64,000 nucleotides of DNA from Smithellaceae bacterium (GCA_963667845.2 CAXXVL010000001.1:768001-832000), one strand, 5' to 3'. Counted from the first letter of the stretch, positions 1-10,032 are shown. The notes: generated by a model from the sequence alone, not told the origin. Numbers and translations: made by a program.

Positions 1-87
1 CAGGGAGGAATTGTTATCGATTCAGATTGGCCAGGACTTCTCCCTGCGGTTGATAACAACGATGTGTCGAAGTTACCAAAGGCATAA

Positions 88-120
88 GATTTCGAACCTG
101 CTGTCGGCAGGTTCGAAATC
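88..120. terminator. Perfect 14-bp stem hairpin downstream of der (terminator or REP-like)
   Basis: GATTTCGAACCTGC-tgtcg-GCAGGTTCGAAATC lies 22 bp past the der stop; there is no clear U-tract. Confidence 0.5.
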
Positions 121-142
121 CTAACATCCGGCGAAAATAGAA

Positions 143-1462
143 TCAGCGCTTCTTACGGAAGATCAGTTTGATCGGGACTTTGTCAAAGCCGAATGTTTCG
201 CGGATTTGATTCATCAGGTAGCGCTCATACGAAAAATGAACGCCTTTGGCTTGGGGGACAAAGAAAATAAAAGTGGGCGGCTTGATGCCGGTTTGCGTGG
301 CGTAAGAGATGCCCATGGAGCGGTTCTGGAAGCGCGCCATCGGGTTTCGCCTCACGGACTTTTCGACCAGATCGTTTAAGGGCGAGGTGTCCACTCTTTT
401 TGTGTACTGACCATAGACTTCATTGATGAGATCAAATATTTTCGGCGCGCGTTGTCCGGTCAGCGCCGAAATAAAAATGATCGGAGCGTAATCCATAAAT
501 TTGATGTTATACTTGATATCCTCAACAAACTTGCCGACGGTCTTGTTATCCTTTTCAATTTTATCCCATTTGTTGACGACAATGATGCAGGCCTTGCCGC
601 GCTCGTAGGCGAGGCCGACGATTTTGGCGTCCTGCTCGGTGATGCCTTCTTCCGCGTCAATGAGCACCAGCGCGATATCGCAGCGGTTGATCGTTTTCAG
701 CGCCTGAATGACGCTGTATTTCTCGAGCGTAAGGCTGATTTTGTTCTTCCGGCGGATGCCCGCCGTGTCAATGAGCAGATATTGTCTGCCGTGCACCTTG
801 ATGGTTGTGTCGACGGCATCGCGGGTCGTGCCGGGTGTGGGGTTGGCGATACTTCGCTCTTTACCGGAAATCAGATTGATGAGTGAGGATTTGCCGACGT
901 TCGGCTTGCCGACAATGGCCACGGCAATAGGCTCATCCGCATCGTCTTTACTTTCAACCGCCTGCGGAAAATCCTTCGTCAGTATGGCCAGAAGTTCATC
1001 CACGCCCAGTCCATGCTGAGCGGAGATCGGGTAAACCTCGTCAATGCCCAGCCGGTAGAATTCGCTGAGGAGTTCTTCGTGGCGCTCGCCGTCCACTTTA
1101 TTGGCGGCATAAAACACATTCTTGCCACGGCCTCGGAGCTGCCGCGCGATTTCAATGTCCGTCGGGGTGAGACCGTCGCGGCCGTCCATCAGAAAAATGA
1201 TGACGTCCGCTTCTTCGATGGCCAGGTTCGTCTGCTCGCGCATCTGGATCAAAATCCGCTCTTCCGTGACGGGTTCGAATCCGCCGGTGTCAATCAGCGT
1301 GAAGGCTTTATCGTGCCATACGCAATCCATGTAATTGCGGTCGCGAGTTGCCCCCGGTTCATCGATGACGATAGCCTTCTGCTTTCCCGCGATGCGGTTG
1401 AAGAGTGTTGATTTGCCTACGTTGGGCCGGCCGACGATGGCGATAACGGGTTTTGCCTGCAT
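143..1462 (-). CDS. der: Ribosome biogenesis GTPase Der (EngA)
   Basis: Two tandem G-domains (GRPNVGKS...DTGG...NKVD and GKPNVGKS...DTAG...NKWD) plus a KH-like C-terminus. Confidence 0.97.
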   Translation of the reverse strand: MQAKPVIAIVGRPNVGKSTLFNRIAGKQKAIVIDEPGATRDRNYMDCVWHDKAFTLIDTGGFEPVTEERILIQMREQTNLAIEEADVIIFLMDGRDGLTPTDIEIARQLRGRGKNVFYAANKVDGERHEELLSEFYRLGIDEVYPISAQHGLGVDELLAILTKDFPQAVESKDDADEPIAVAIVGKPNVGKSSLINLISGKERSIANPTPGTTRDAVDTTIKVHGRQYLLIDTAGIRRKNKISLTLEKYSVIQALKTINRCDIALVLIDAEEGITEQDAKIVGLAYERGKACIIVVNKWDKIEKDNKTVGKFVEDIKYNIKFMDYAPIIFISALTGQRAPKIFDLINEVYGQYTKRVDTSPLNDLVEKSVRRNPMARFQNRSMGISYATQTGIKPPTFIFFVPQAKGVHFSYERYLMNQIRETFGFDKVPIKLIFRKKR

Positions 1463-1470
1463 GAATACCT

Positions 1471-2358
1471 CTATTTAATGAGTCCGAACTCGCGCAGCAT
1501 CCTGTCGGAGTTGGTCCAGTCTTTTTTGACGCGCACAAACAATTCCAGAAAGACCTTTGCGCCGAAAAGTTTTTCCATGGACAATCTCGCCTGGGTCCCG
1601 ATTCTTTTGAGCATCGCGCCTTTTTTGCCGATCATGATCGCTTTTTGCGATTCTTTTTCGACGTGGATGGTGGCGCTGATGCGAATGAGGTTCTTTGCCT
1701 CGTCTTCTTTAAACGCATCTATGGTCACGGCCGTTACATAGGGGATTTCCTGAGAAGTCAGCAGTGTAATCTGCTCACGGATGAATTCCCCCGCGATAAA
1801 GCGCTCGGTAGCGTCCGTCGCGATGTCGTCGGGGAAGAGTTGCGGGCCTTCCGGCAGCGCCCCGATGAGCGAAGCCAGCAGTTCATCGAGTCCATCGCCT
1901 TTTAATGCCGAGATCGGAAAAATGCCGGCAAAGTCATAAAGCTTGCTGTACTGATCAATCAACGGCAGCAGCAGAGGCTTTTCAATCCGGTCAATTTTAT
2001 TGATAACCAAAAACACCGGAGCCCTGACTCCCGCGAGCGCTTCAATCAAAAAGAGATCATGCTGTCCGATATGGGCGTCGGCCTCAACCATCAGAAGGAG
2101 CACATCGGCGTCGCCAATCGTATCCCGGGCCGCCTGCACCATCGCCCGGTTGAGCGGCGTTTTCGGTTTGTGCATTCCCGGCGTGTCGAGAAAGATCAAT
2201 TGGGCATCCGGGGAGTTCTTGATTCCCGTGATGCGGTTTCTCGTCGTTTGCGGTTTGTTGGCGACGATGGAAATCTTGTCGCCGATAATCGCGTTAAAAA
2301 AAGTTGATTTGCCGACATTCGGGCGGCCCAGAATGGCTATGAAACCGGATTTAAACAC
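1471..2358 (-). CDS. era: GTPase Era
   Basis: FKSGFIAILGRPNVGKST, PQTTRNRI, DTPG, NKID and a KH domain. The GTG start at 2358 has a GGAG SD; the track's longer N-terminus overlaps the upstream gene. Confidence 0.96.
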   Translation of the reverse strand: MFKSGFIAILGRPNVGKSTFFNAIIGDKISIVANKPQTTRNRITGIKNSPDAQLIFLDTPGMHKPKTPLNRAMVQAARDTIGDADVLLLMVEADAHIGQHDLFLIEALAGVRAPVFLVINKIDRIEKPLLLPLIDQYSKLYDFAGIFPISALKGDGLDELLASLIGALPEGPQLFPDDIATDATERFIAGEFIREQITLLTSQEIPYVTAVTIDAFKEDEAKNLIRISATIHVEKESQKAIMIGKKGAMLKRIGTQARLSMEKLFGAKVFLELFVRVKKDWTNSDRMLREFGLIK

Positions 2359-2384
2359 AGTGTTTCTCCAACAATTTAAATGAT

Positions 2385-3467
2385 TTAGATGATACCCGGG
2401 ATGTCCAGGAAGAAGGACTCCCCCGTTTCGGTCATAAGCGACAGTCGCCCCGGATCGCCTTCGTGAGCGGAGTCTATAACGATTTGCGCATTCGGGTAAA
2501 GCTTTTTTATGGCGTCGATGTTCCGATTCCCCTGGCCGCGGAAGTTGGACACAGCCCGGGCAGCGGCGCAGAAGTGCAGCCTGCGCGCTTGTTTCGGAAT
2601 GACGCGCAGCAAGCGTAAAGCGGCCGAATAGAAAATAGCCGAATAGACAAGACTGCCGAAAGCCGGATGCAGGGGGCCCGCCAGGACGGCGCCTTCCTTG
2701 CACATTTCCGGTGTCACATGCAGACCGAAGCGGATGATGCGGATGCCTGCAGGCGTCAGCGCCTCCCAGGCCAGGCGGCACCACTCGACCGCTTCATCAA
2801 GATCCAGCGGCCGATAATGTCCTTTTTTGAATTCTGCCGCGAGCGGCGTGTCTTTAAAAGCGAGGACGGGATGGATGCGCGCCGTATCCGGCCGCAGTTC
2901 GCTGACGCGGGCAAGGGTTTTAAGAAAACTTTCCTGTGTGTCATGCGGCAAACCGGCCATCAGATGCAGCCCCGTCCGAAATCCGTGTGCTTTCAGCAAT
3001 TGCATGGCCCGAACGGTGGCCCGGGCATCATGGCCTCTTCCGGCGAGACGAAGAACTTCATCATTCATGGATTGAGCGCCGATCTCAATGGTCCGGACGC
3101 CGTAAGCCTGCAAAAGATTCAATTGGTCATCGCTGATATAATCCGGCCGCGTGGAAATCCGGATCGATCCGACCAGGCCTTTCTTGATATAAACCTGAGC
3201 CCAGGATAAGAGACGTTCTTGATAGTCAGGAGCAAGGCCGGTAAAGCTGCCCCCGTAGAAAGCGATTTCCACCTTCCGCAGCTTGTCTTTGTTCCAGCGC
3301 AGGTAGGAGTCCACTTCGGCTGCAAAAAAGCTTTTGCTGACTTCCGGAGCGAAGTCTCCCGCGGCGATCTTTTCGTTGCAGAAGATGCACTGCTCGGGAC
3401 ATCCGCCATTCATGATGAAAATCGGAATAATCAGCGGCTTTTCCTGCAGATGACTATCAGACCCCAT
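2385..3467 (-). CDS. Radical SAM protein (Elp3/YhcC/HemN-like, uncharacterised)
   Basis: CPEQCIFC motif, FYGGSFT, ISTRPD, IEIGAQS. Start set at ATG 3467, overlapping the rnc end. Confidence 0.85.
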   Translation of the reverse strand: MGSDSHLQEKPLIIPIFIMNGGCPEQCIFCNEKIAAGDFAPEVSKSFFAAEVDSYLRWNKDKLRKVEIAFYGGSFTGLAPDYQERLLSWAQVYIKKGLVGSIRISTRPDYISDDQLNLLQAYGVRTIEIGAQSMNDEVLRLAGRGHDARATVRAMQLLKAHGFRTGLHLMAGLPHDTQESFLKTLARVSELRPDTARIHPVLAFKDTPLAAEFKKGHYRPLDLDEAVEWCRLAWEALTPAGIRIIRFGLHVTPEMCKEGAVLAGPLHPAFGSLVYSAIFYSAALRLLRVIPKQARRLHFCAAARAVSNFRGQGNRNIDAIKKLYPNAQIVIDSAHEGDPGRLSLMTETGESFFLDIPGII

Positions 3468-4173
3468 TTTCACGATGCAGACTTTCCCAGGCTTTTTGCG
3501 CAGCCTGCTTTTGAGCGTCTTTTTTGCTCTTCCCCCGGCCGACGTGGCGGATCGCTTCACCGGTGGTCACTTCGACTTCAAAGGTCTTGTCGTGATCCGG
3601 TCCGCTCGCCGTCAAGACCGTATAGAGCGGTGCGGATTTGTATTTCTTCTGACACAATTCCTGCAGGGCTGTTTTATAATCAAAACATTGCGCATTCAGG
3701 GCTTCATTACTCATCAGGGGCTTCATAAGCTTTTTGAGAACAGCCCTTGTTTTGCTGAATCCGGAATCAAGATAAATTGCAGCAATGACGGCTTCGAGGG
3801 CGTTGGCCAGCAGCGATTCTTTTGTGCGTCCGCCGGAGTTCTCTTCTCCGCGTCCCAGAAGCAGGCATTCACCCAGACCCAGTTTTGCCGCCAGATCTGC
3901 CAGCGGCTTTTCATTGACCAGCAATGAACGGATTTTGGACAGGGTGCCCTCGTCAAAGTCATGGTGCCGCTTCATGAGCAGGTCACTGATGCAAAGCCCC
4001 AGCACTGCGTCGCCCAAAAATTCGAGCCGTTCGTTGTCGCTGATCCCCATCAGAGGATTTTCGTTGACGTAGGAGCGGTGCGTCAGAGCGTTCGACAACA
4101 GATCCACATTCCGGAACGTATAGGCCAGCTCTTCCTGTAGAGCCGTCAATTGCCTCAATCGATCGTTATCCAT
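3457..4173 (-). CDS. rnc: Ribonuclease III
   Basis: ALTHRS, NERLEFLGDAVL signature and a C-terminal dsRBD (DYKTALQE...GKSKKDA). Confidence 0.97.
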   Translation of the reverse strand: MDNDRLRQLTALQEELAYTFRNVDLLSNALTHRSYVNENPLMGISDNERLEFLGDAVLGLCISDLLMKRHHDFDEGTLSKIRSLLVNEKPLADLAAKLGLGECLLLGRGEENSGGRTKESLLANALEAVIAAIYLDSGFSKTRAVLKKLMKPLMSNEALNAQCFDYKTALQELCQKKYKSAPLYTVLTASGPDHDKTFEVEVTTGEAIRHVGRGKSKKDAQKQAAQKAWESLHRENGV

Positions 4174-5494
4174 GAATAGCCCTGCCTGTCAGTTTACCGT
4201 CCTCATAATTTTCCGCGACGGCTGTAACGATGGTATTTACTAGAGAAGCCGGGTGTTTGTCCAGCAGAACCGGAAGATAATTGTGAGAAAAACCCTTGCT
4301 GAGCCCCGTTTTTTTATCCCGGGTATGCTCCACCAAAACCTGCAGCGTTTTGCCCAGGAAGCGCATCGAGAAGGCTTCTCTCTTTTTCGCGCCGAGGTCC
4401 CTGAGAACGGCAGCCCGCTCCTTCTTGATCTTTTCGGGAACCTTGGGCTCGATAGCCAGCGCCGCCGTTCCCGGGCGTTCGGAATACGGGAAGACGTGCA
4501 GATAAGCCACAGGGAGGTCTTCCAGCAGTTTTACGGTCCGGCCGAATTCTTTTTCGCCTTCGCCGGGGAAGCCGACCATTACATCGATTCCGATGGCCAT
4601 GTCCTTCTGGGCGAGCAGAGCTTTTTCCACGAGCGCCTGATAGGACGCCGCGTCATAGCGGCGCTTCATCGCTTTCAGGATGGAATCAGCCCCACTTTGC
4701 AGCGGGATATGCAGGTGCGGGCACAGATTGCCGTGGCGGCCGAATAAATGCAGAAACGCATCCGATATTTCATTGGGCTCAATAGAACTCAGCCTGAATC
4801 TTACGTCTGGATTTTGAGAAAGTATCGCCTCGATTGTCCCCGTCAGGTCCGCAGGCGGCTTCAGGTCCTGTCCATAATATCCCAGGTGAATGCCTGTGAG
4901 GACGATCTCCCGATAGCCCTGCCCGATGAAGTCCTGGATGTTTTTAAGAACTTGGCGAACAGGCATGCTGCGGCTTTTTCCGCGGGCGAAGGGGACGATG
5001 CAGTAACTGCAAAAAACATCGCAGCCGTCCTGAATTTTGAAGAAGGCCCGCGTGCGCCCCGTCAGTTTCGGGGCGGTGACGGAAGGAAATTGTTTTTGCG
5101 CAAAGACGTCGCCGGCAAAAATTCGCTGCCTGTCGGGGATCGACTGGGTGAGCAATTCCACAATCCGGTGCTTCTGGTCATTCCCCACAATAAAACTGAC
5201 TTGCTCGACGGCGGAGAGTTCCTGAGCCTGCGTTTGCGCGTAGCACCCGGTAACAACGATGCGGGCTTCGGGGTTGGCGCGTCTGGCTCTCCGGATGAGC
5301 TGGCGCGCCTGGAAATCGGCAAAGGCCGTGACCGTGCAGGTATTGATGATGTAAACGTCGGCGAAACCGTTAAAGGGCACCAGGATAAAATCAGCCGACT
5401 GCAGGTCGCGGGCCAGAGCGGCCGTATCGCATTGATTGACTTTGCAGCCCAGCGTCGCCAAGCCTACTTTCGTGTTAAATGTTTTGAGGCTCAA
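4166..5494 (-). CDS. mtaB: tRNA ms2t6A methylthiotransferase MtaB
   Basis: TLGCKVNQ, INTCTVT, VTGCYAQ, KIQDGCDVFCSYC, LSSIEP, HVFPYS. Confidence 0.9.
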   Translation of the reverse strand: MSLKTFNTKVGLATLGCKVNQCDTAALARDLQSADFILVPFNGFADVYIINTCTVTAFADFQARQLIRRARRANPEARIVVTGCYAQTQAQELSAVEQVSFIVGNDQKHRIVELLTQSIPDRQRIFAGDVFAQKQFPSVTAPKLTGRTRAFFKIQDGCDVFCSYCIVPFARGKSRSMPVRQVLKNIQDFIGQGYREIVLTGIHLGYYGQDLKPPADLTGTIEAILSQNPDVRFRLSSIEPNEISDAFLHLFGRHGNLCPHLHIPLQSGADSILKAMKRRYDAASYQALVEKALLAQKDMAIGIDVMVGFPGEGEKEFGRTVKLLEDLPVAYLHVFPYSERPGTAALAIEPKVPEKIKKERAAVLRDLGAKKREAFSMRFLGKTLQVLVEHTRDKKTGLSKGFSHNYLPVLLDKHPASLVNTIVTAVAENYEDGKLTGRAIHG

Positions 5495-5634
5495 AGATTC
5501 TTTCTTCCTTTTTGCACTTTCATTTTTCGATCTATTTATGAGTCAACCCACCCTTTGTCAAGACAAACAAAGGATAGATTTTATATTAAAAATAAGTTAA
5601 ATCTGGACATACAAAAATATCGGAGGGATTTAAT

Positions 5635-5985
5635 ATGGACTCTGTTTCATCTTATTTTTCGGCAAATCCGGCTGCTTTTACTCTGATTGTTATTTTTGCA
5701 GTTGTCCTGATGTTATTTTTTATTTTTAAGAAGCTTCTGAAACTCACCATTGTCTTTTTGTTTATCGTCTTGCTGGCCGTCGGCGTTTATCTTTTTAAAG
5801 ATCCCTCATCCATGCCCGACAAGATCAAGCAATCGGTTGAGGACTTTAAATCCGGTGGTGAACAGATTGGGGATAAGTTCACGAGCCTGTTTGAGGATAC
5901 CAAAACGCTGGCCGGCAAAGCAAAAGAAGTCCCCAAGGACCTCAACAAGATGCTGGATACGGCCAAGGATACCGTCGGGAAGTAA
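5635..5985 (+). CDS. Hypothetical membrane protein (2 TM + helical tail)
   Basis: GGAGG SD; two hydrophobic segments followed by an amphipathic tail. Confidence 0.75.
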   Translation: MDSVSSYFSANPAAFTLIVIFAVVLMLFFIFKKLLKLTIVFLFIVLLAVGVYLFKDPSSMPDKIKQSVEDFKSGGEQIGDKFTSLFEDTKTLAGKAKEVPKDLNKMLDTAKDTVGK

Positions 5986-5990
5986 TTTTT

Positions 5991-7511
5991 CTACGTAATA
6001 AAAAGATCATTGGTCGAAAAATTCGGGTCGGTGGTCAGATTTACCCCCAGGCGTCGCAATCCTGCTTCATCGCCGGGCGTGGGCATATGGGTCATGTGAA
6101 CTTCACAGTTTTGCAGTTCCTTCAATTTTTCCATGGCCAGTTCCGCTGCCGGATTGGTGGTGGCGCTGATGCTGAGCGCAATCAGCGCTTCCTCCAGGTC
6201 CAGACTGACATTTTTTTCTTCGAGAATTTCCGTTTTGAGTTTGGCGATCGAACCGGTGATGTTTGCCGGCAGCAGTTTAATTTTATCGGGAACGCCCGCC
6301 AGATGCTTGATGGCGTGGATAACCACACTGGACGCCGCGTGCATGAGCGGAGAGTTACTGCCTGGGATAATCGAGCCGTCCGCCAGTTCGATTGCTGCAC
6401 CGCAGAAAATACCTTCATTTCCGCGATTGCGTTCCCGCGCATCCTCGGCCGCCTGGCGCGCCGGAATCACCACTCGCCGGTCCTCCGGTTTGAGGTCAAA
6501 GTCGTTCAGAAATAATTCCACACGCTGAACTGTTTCTTTATCGGCAAATCCCATGGCATATTCGCAGCGGTAGCGGAAATAGCGGCGAATGATTTCCTGC
6601 CGGGATGCCTCTTTGGTGATATCGTCATTTGTAACGGCAAACCCTGCGCGGTTGACGCCCATGTCGGTCGGCGACCTGTAAAAGGACGCTTCGCCGGTGA
6701 TTTTCTCCAGAATCCGCCTGAGGACCGGAAAGACTTCCACGTCGCGGTTGTAATTGACCCAGGCTTCGCCATAGGCGTCCAAATGAAATGGATCGATCTG
6801 GTTGAAATCGCGAATATCGGCGGTTGCCGCCTCATAGGCCACGTTGACGGCATGCTTGAGCGGAAGATTCCAGATCGGGAATGTTTCAAATTTGGCGTAA
6901 CCGGATTTGATGCCTCTTCTGTAATCGTGATAGAGTTGGGACAGACAGGTCGCAAGCTTTCCGCTGCCGGGTCCCGGACCCGTGACGATCACCAGAGGCT
7001 TATCGGTCGGGATGTAATCATTCACACCGTAGCCTTCATCGCTGACAATCAAATCGACATTGGTCGGATACCCTTTCGTGAAGCGGTGTGTAAAGACCCG
7101 GATGCCTCTGCGCTCCAGCTTGTTTTTAAACAAGACAGCGGACGGCTGATTATCAAAACGGGTAATAACGACGCCCATGACGTTGATATTCCAGCCGCGC
7201 AGGTCATCAATCAGTTTCATGGCATCGGTATCATAGGTGATGCCGAAATCCGCCCGGATCTTTTTTCGCTCGATATCACCGGCGTAAATGCAAAGTAAAA
7301 TATCCGCCCGGTCTTTCAGTTCTTTGATGAGCCGCATCTTGACGTTGGGGTCATAGCCGGGCAGGACACGGGCGGCGTGGTAGTCATAGAGCAGCTTGCC
7401 GCCGAATTCCAGATACAGTTTGTTGTTGAACCGTTCGACGCGCTTTAAGATGGATTCCGTCTGTTGCGTGATATATTTTTCATTATCGAATCCGGTTTTG
7501 ACTATACTCAT
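5991..7511 (-). CDS. DUF1846 family protein
   Basis: KLYLEFGGKL..DYHAARVLPG, GPGSGKLATCLSQ, YAKFETFPIWN, SPTDMGVN. Start set at MSIVKTGFD. Confidence 0.9.
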   Translation of the reverse strand: MSIVKTGFDNEKYITQQTESILKRVERFNNKLYLEFGGKLLYDYHAARVLPGYDPNVKMRLIKELKDRADILLCIYAGDIERKKIRADFGITYDTDAMKLIDDLRGWNINVMGVVITRFDNQPSAVLFKNKLERRGIRVFTHRFTKGYPTNVDLIVSDEGYGVNDYIPTDKPLVIVTGPGPGSGKLATCLSQLYHDYRRGIKSGYAKFETFPIWNLPLKHAVNVAYEAATADIRDFNQIDPFHLDAYGEAWVNYNRDVEVFPVLRRILEKITGEASFYRSPTDMGVNRAGFAVTNDDITKEASRQEIIRRYFRYRCEYAMGFADKETVQRVELFLNDFDLKPEDRRVVIPARQAAEDARERNRGNEGIFCGAAIELADGSIIPGSNSPLMHAASSVVIHAIKHLAGVPDKIKLLPANITGSIAKLKTEILEEKNVSLDLEEALIALSISATTNPAAELAMEKLKELQNCEVHMTHMPTPGDEAGLRRLGVNLTTDPNFSTNDLFIT

Positions 7512-7723
7512 GAGAAATGCATGCCTCCCTGTCCTTATATGAACTGTGCTCCCTGTAGGATAAATCGGTGGTGCAGCTAACAAAAATGTAATTTTTTTAT
7601 TACAATTTTGTTACATATATCAACCGGACGAATTTATCCAAAAAAAAAGTGACACCGTGATCAAAAAAATGATTTGGAGATCGGTTGGGGGAGGTGACGG
7701 GATACCTGCAAAGAGGTATCGGA

Positions 7724-8134
7724 TTACATTAAATTGATTTCCATTGCGCGGACGGGGCATGCGGAAACGCACAGTTCGCAGCCATTGCATTTCTCAGCAT
7801 CAAATAAAACCTTTTGCGTCGGTTTTTCGAAGGATAAGGCGGCGGTGGGACAAAATCCCGTACAGGCGCCGCAATGAACGCATTTGTCGATATTCTGGTA
7901 AACGCTTTTGGAAAGGGACTCAACTTTCAGCCCCATTTCCTTAAGGAAACGGATACCGCGGTCAAAATCTTCCTTTTGTCCGGACAGTTCCAGCACAATC
8001 ACACCTTCGCGCCTCGGAAAGATTCTGGCTTTCAGAATATTAAAGACGAGGTTGTGCTTCTGAGCCAGCAGATAAATGACCGGCTGTTGAACAATTTCCG
8101 GTGTATAGCGAATTACTATTTTTTTCGAATACAT
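7724..8134 (-). CDS. NIL domain + 2x[4Fe-4S] ferredoxin protein
   Basis: N-terminal NIL-like region (LVFNILKA), CVHCGACTGFCP and CNGCELCVSACP. Confidence 0.88.
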   Translation of the reverse strand: MYSKKIVIRYTPEIVQQPVIYLLAQKHNLVFNILKARIFPRREGVIVLELSGQKEDFDRGIRFLKEMGLKVESLSKSVYQNIDKCVHCGACTGFCPTAALSFEKPTQKVLFDAEKCNGCELCVSACPVRAMEINLM

Positions 8135-8250
8135 AGCCTGAAAAGTGAAAACCCTCCGAATTTGCGGCATGTTAAGAGATGCAAAGCATAATGTCAAGGC
8201 AATAGTTGCAGGGCTTTGCGATTCTGACCGGCTCCCTGAAACATTGAAAA

Positions 8251-8724
8251 TTATGATTTGTTTTTGGACTTTTTATCAACGGGATTCGGGTTGAACAAAT
8301 CGAAAAGGGACTTCATGGGAGACAGACCCGCGATCTCCTGCGGATTCACTTTGGCGTAATTCTCTCCGTATTCCAGCCATTTCTTAAATTGATCGTCGGC
8401 CATGTTGCGGACGAGCAGGTAATTACGGATGGTCTGCTCAAGATATTTCTCAAAAAAGTCCGTGAGTACATTTTCACCGTATTGAATAATCAGGTACAGG
8501 AGCGGAGGAGGCAGTAAATATTTCTTTTTGCGCGCCTCTTCCAGAACGATTTGGGTCAGGATTGCCGGGGTGACATCTTCGCCGGTTTTTGCGTCTGTGA
8601 CTTGAATGGGCCTTCCCTGGCGGATTATGTCGGTAACGTAATCAAGCGTTACATAAGCACTTTTCTCTGTGTCGTAAAGTCTGCGGTTAGTATATTTCTT
8701 CAGCTGCAGAATATTTTTGTCCAT
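8251..8724 (-). CDS. phaR: PHA synthesis regulator PhaR
   Basis: LKKYTNRRLYDTEKSAYVTL...DAKTGEDVT..ILTQIVLEE is the PhaR DNA-binding domain; located in a pha cluster. Confidence 0.92.
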   Translation of the reverse strand: MDKNILQLKKYTNRRLYDTEKSAYVTLDYVTDIIRQGRPIQVTDAKTGEDVTPAILTQIVLEEARKKKYLLPPPLLYLIIQYGENVLTDFFEKYLEQTIRNYLLVRNMADDQFKKWLEYGENYAKVNPQEIAGLSPMKSLFDLFNPNPVDKKSKNKS

Positions 8725-8883
8725 CCATCATTTCCCTCGTGGTAATCTATTACGCAATTACGTAAAACATTGCAACATAAAAAATTTTTAAAACTCGCTA
8801 TAAATACATCAAAAATTGTAAATAGCTGTAAATATTAAATAAAATATAAAAAATGAGGGCTGGTGTTTTTAAATAATTTATAT

Positions 8884-8930
8884 TGCAATGCAACAATTGT
8901 GATTGACAAGGGGAAAATACTGTTTATAAT
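8884..8930 (+). promoter_or_regulatory. Sigma70 promoter of the phasin operon with adjacent PhaR-like box
   Basis: TTGACA (8903-8908), 16-bp spacer, TATAAT (8925-8930); TGCAATGCAACA at 8884-8895. Confidence 0.7.
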
Positions 8931-8960
8931 TAGCCCAAGATAAATAAAGGAGTACTTGTC

Positions 8961-9254
8961 ATGCAAAATAAAGAATTAGCAAAGCAGATCATTGATTTTC
9001 ACAAGTCAGCTTTTGAAACCGGCATCGACTCGATGGTCAGGCTGGAGGAACAGACGTTCAGGGTCATGGATAATTTTCTGAGACAGTCCCCGTGGATTCC
9101 GCCCCAGACCAAATCAGTCGTCAATGAATGGTCAGACCTATACAAAAAAGGGGCGGCGGATTTTAAAGAGATTGCCGATCAGAATTATTCAAAACTGGAA
9201 GAAATTCTATCATTAGGTTGCGGAGTCTCCAAATCCAAGCCAAAGCAATCATAA
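8961..9254 (+). CDS. Phasin-like granule protein 1
   Basis: Small helical protein, paralogous to the next two ORFs (KQ++DF.K.AFE...Q..W+P...K..+.+W...YKKG..+FK), next to phaR. Confidence 0.75.
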   Translation: MQNKELAKQIIDFHKSAFETGIDSMVRLEEQTFRVMDNFLRQSPWIPPQTKSVVNEWSDLYKKGAADFKEIADQNYSKLEEILSLGCGVSKSKPKQS

Positions 9255-9266
9255 AGGGGTGACGCC

Positions 9267-9707
9267 ATGAATTACACACTGATAACGAGGCAACTACTGG
9301 ACTTCAATAAAAAAGCTTTTGACGATGGTTTCAAAACCATTCTTGCCGCGCAGGAGCAGGGTGAAAGACTGGCGCGCATCGCCTCGGAAAATACCCTCTA
9401 TTTTCCGCAAGAGGGCAAAAGAGCGATCGCGGATTGGATCACTGCCTATCGAAGGGGTTTGGATGAGTTCAAGTCAAATGTGGAAAGACGGTTTCAATTT
9501 GCTTACGATTGTCTTTCGGCTGCCGCCGATCAGGCTCAGTCATCACTCGCCGCGGTTATCCAACAGACAGGATCGGCTATGCCGACGGATAAAAGAACGA
9601 TGAAAAAGGAGGCTGCGATCATTAAGAAAACAGTCTCGCGGAAAACAGGAGCAAAGAAAGCGATCATCAAGGGCAAAAAAGCAGACAGACAAAAATCAAT
9701 AAAGTGA
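9267..9707 (+). CDS. Phasin-like protein 2 with Lys-rich C-terminal tail
   Basis: Same paralogous core plus KKTVSRKTGAKKAIIKGKK tail. Confidence 0.72.
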   Translation: MNYTLITRQLLDFNKKAFDDGFKTILAAQEQGERLARIASENTLYFPQEGKRAIADWITAYRRGLDEFKSNVERRFQFAYDCLSAAADQAQSSLAAVIQQTGSAMPTDKRTMKKEAAIIKKTVSRKTGAKKAIIKGKKADRQKSIK

Positions 9708-9717
9708 GGAGGAAACA

Positions 9718-9978
9718 ATGGAACCTAAACAGATTGCAAAACAAATGGTGGACTTTAACAAAACAGCTTTTGATAATTCATTTGAGGCCATGGCCGTTAT
9801 TCAGGACCAGACGGAGAAAATGGTGACCGCCATGATGGAGCAGACGGCTTTTTTCCCGGAGGAGGGCAAGAAGCTGGTTAATGACTGGATCAAAACTTAC
9901 AAGAAGGGCCGCGAGGAATTTAAAGCCGCTGCCGATGAGAATTTCAAGAAGGTGGATACATTTTTTGCGAAAAAGTAA
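9718..9978 (+). CDS. Phasin-like granule protein 3
   Basis: AKQMVDFNKTAFDNSF...FFPEEGKK..NDWIKTYKKGREEFK; GGAGG SD. Confidence 0.78.
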   Translation: MEPKQIAKQMVDFNKTAFDNSFEAMAVIQDQTEKMVTAMMEQTAFFPEEGKKLVNDWIKTYKKGREEFKAAADENFKKVDTFFAKK

Positions 9979-9994
9979 GCTCTGTCAGCTTCAT

Positions 9995-10032
9995 TAAGAA
10001 AGCCGCCTCGATTCGTCGATGCGGCTTTCTTA
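9995..10032. terminator. Bidirectional intrinsic terminator
   Basis: TAAGAAAGCCGC...GCGGCTTTCTTA between convergent phasin and phaJ genes. Confidence 0.8.

Noticed and set aside
2359..2784. Long N-terminal extension of Era in the ORF track
   Set aside because: It overlaps the radical SAM gene; the GTG at 2358 has an SD and matches the normal Era start
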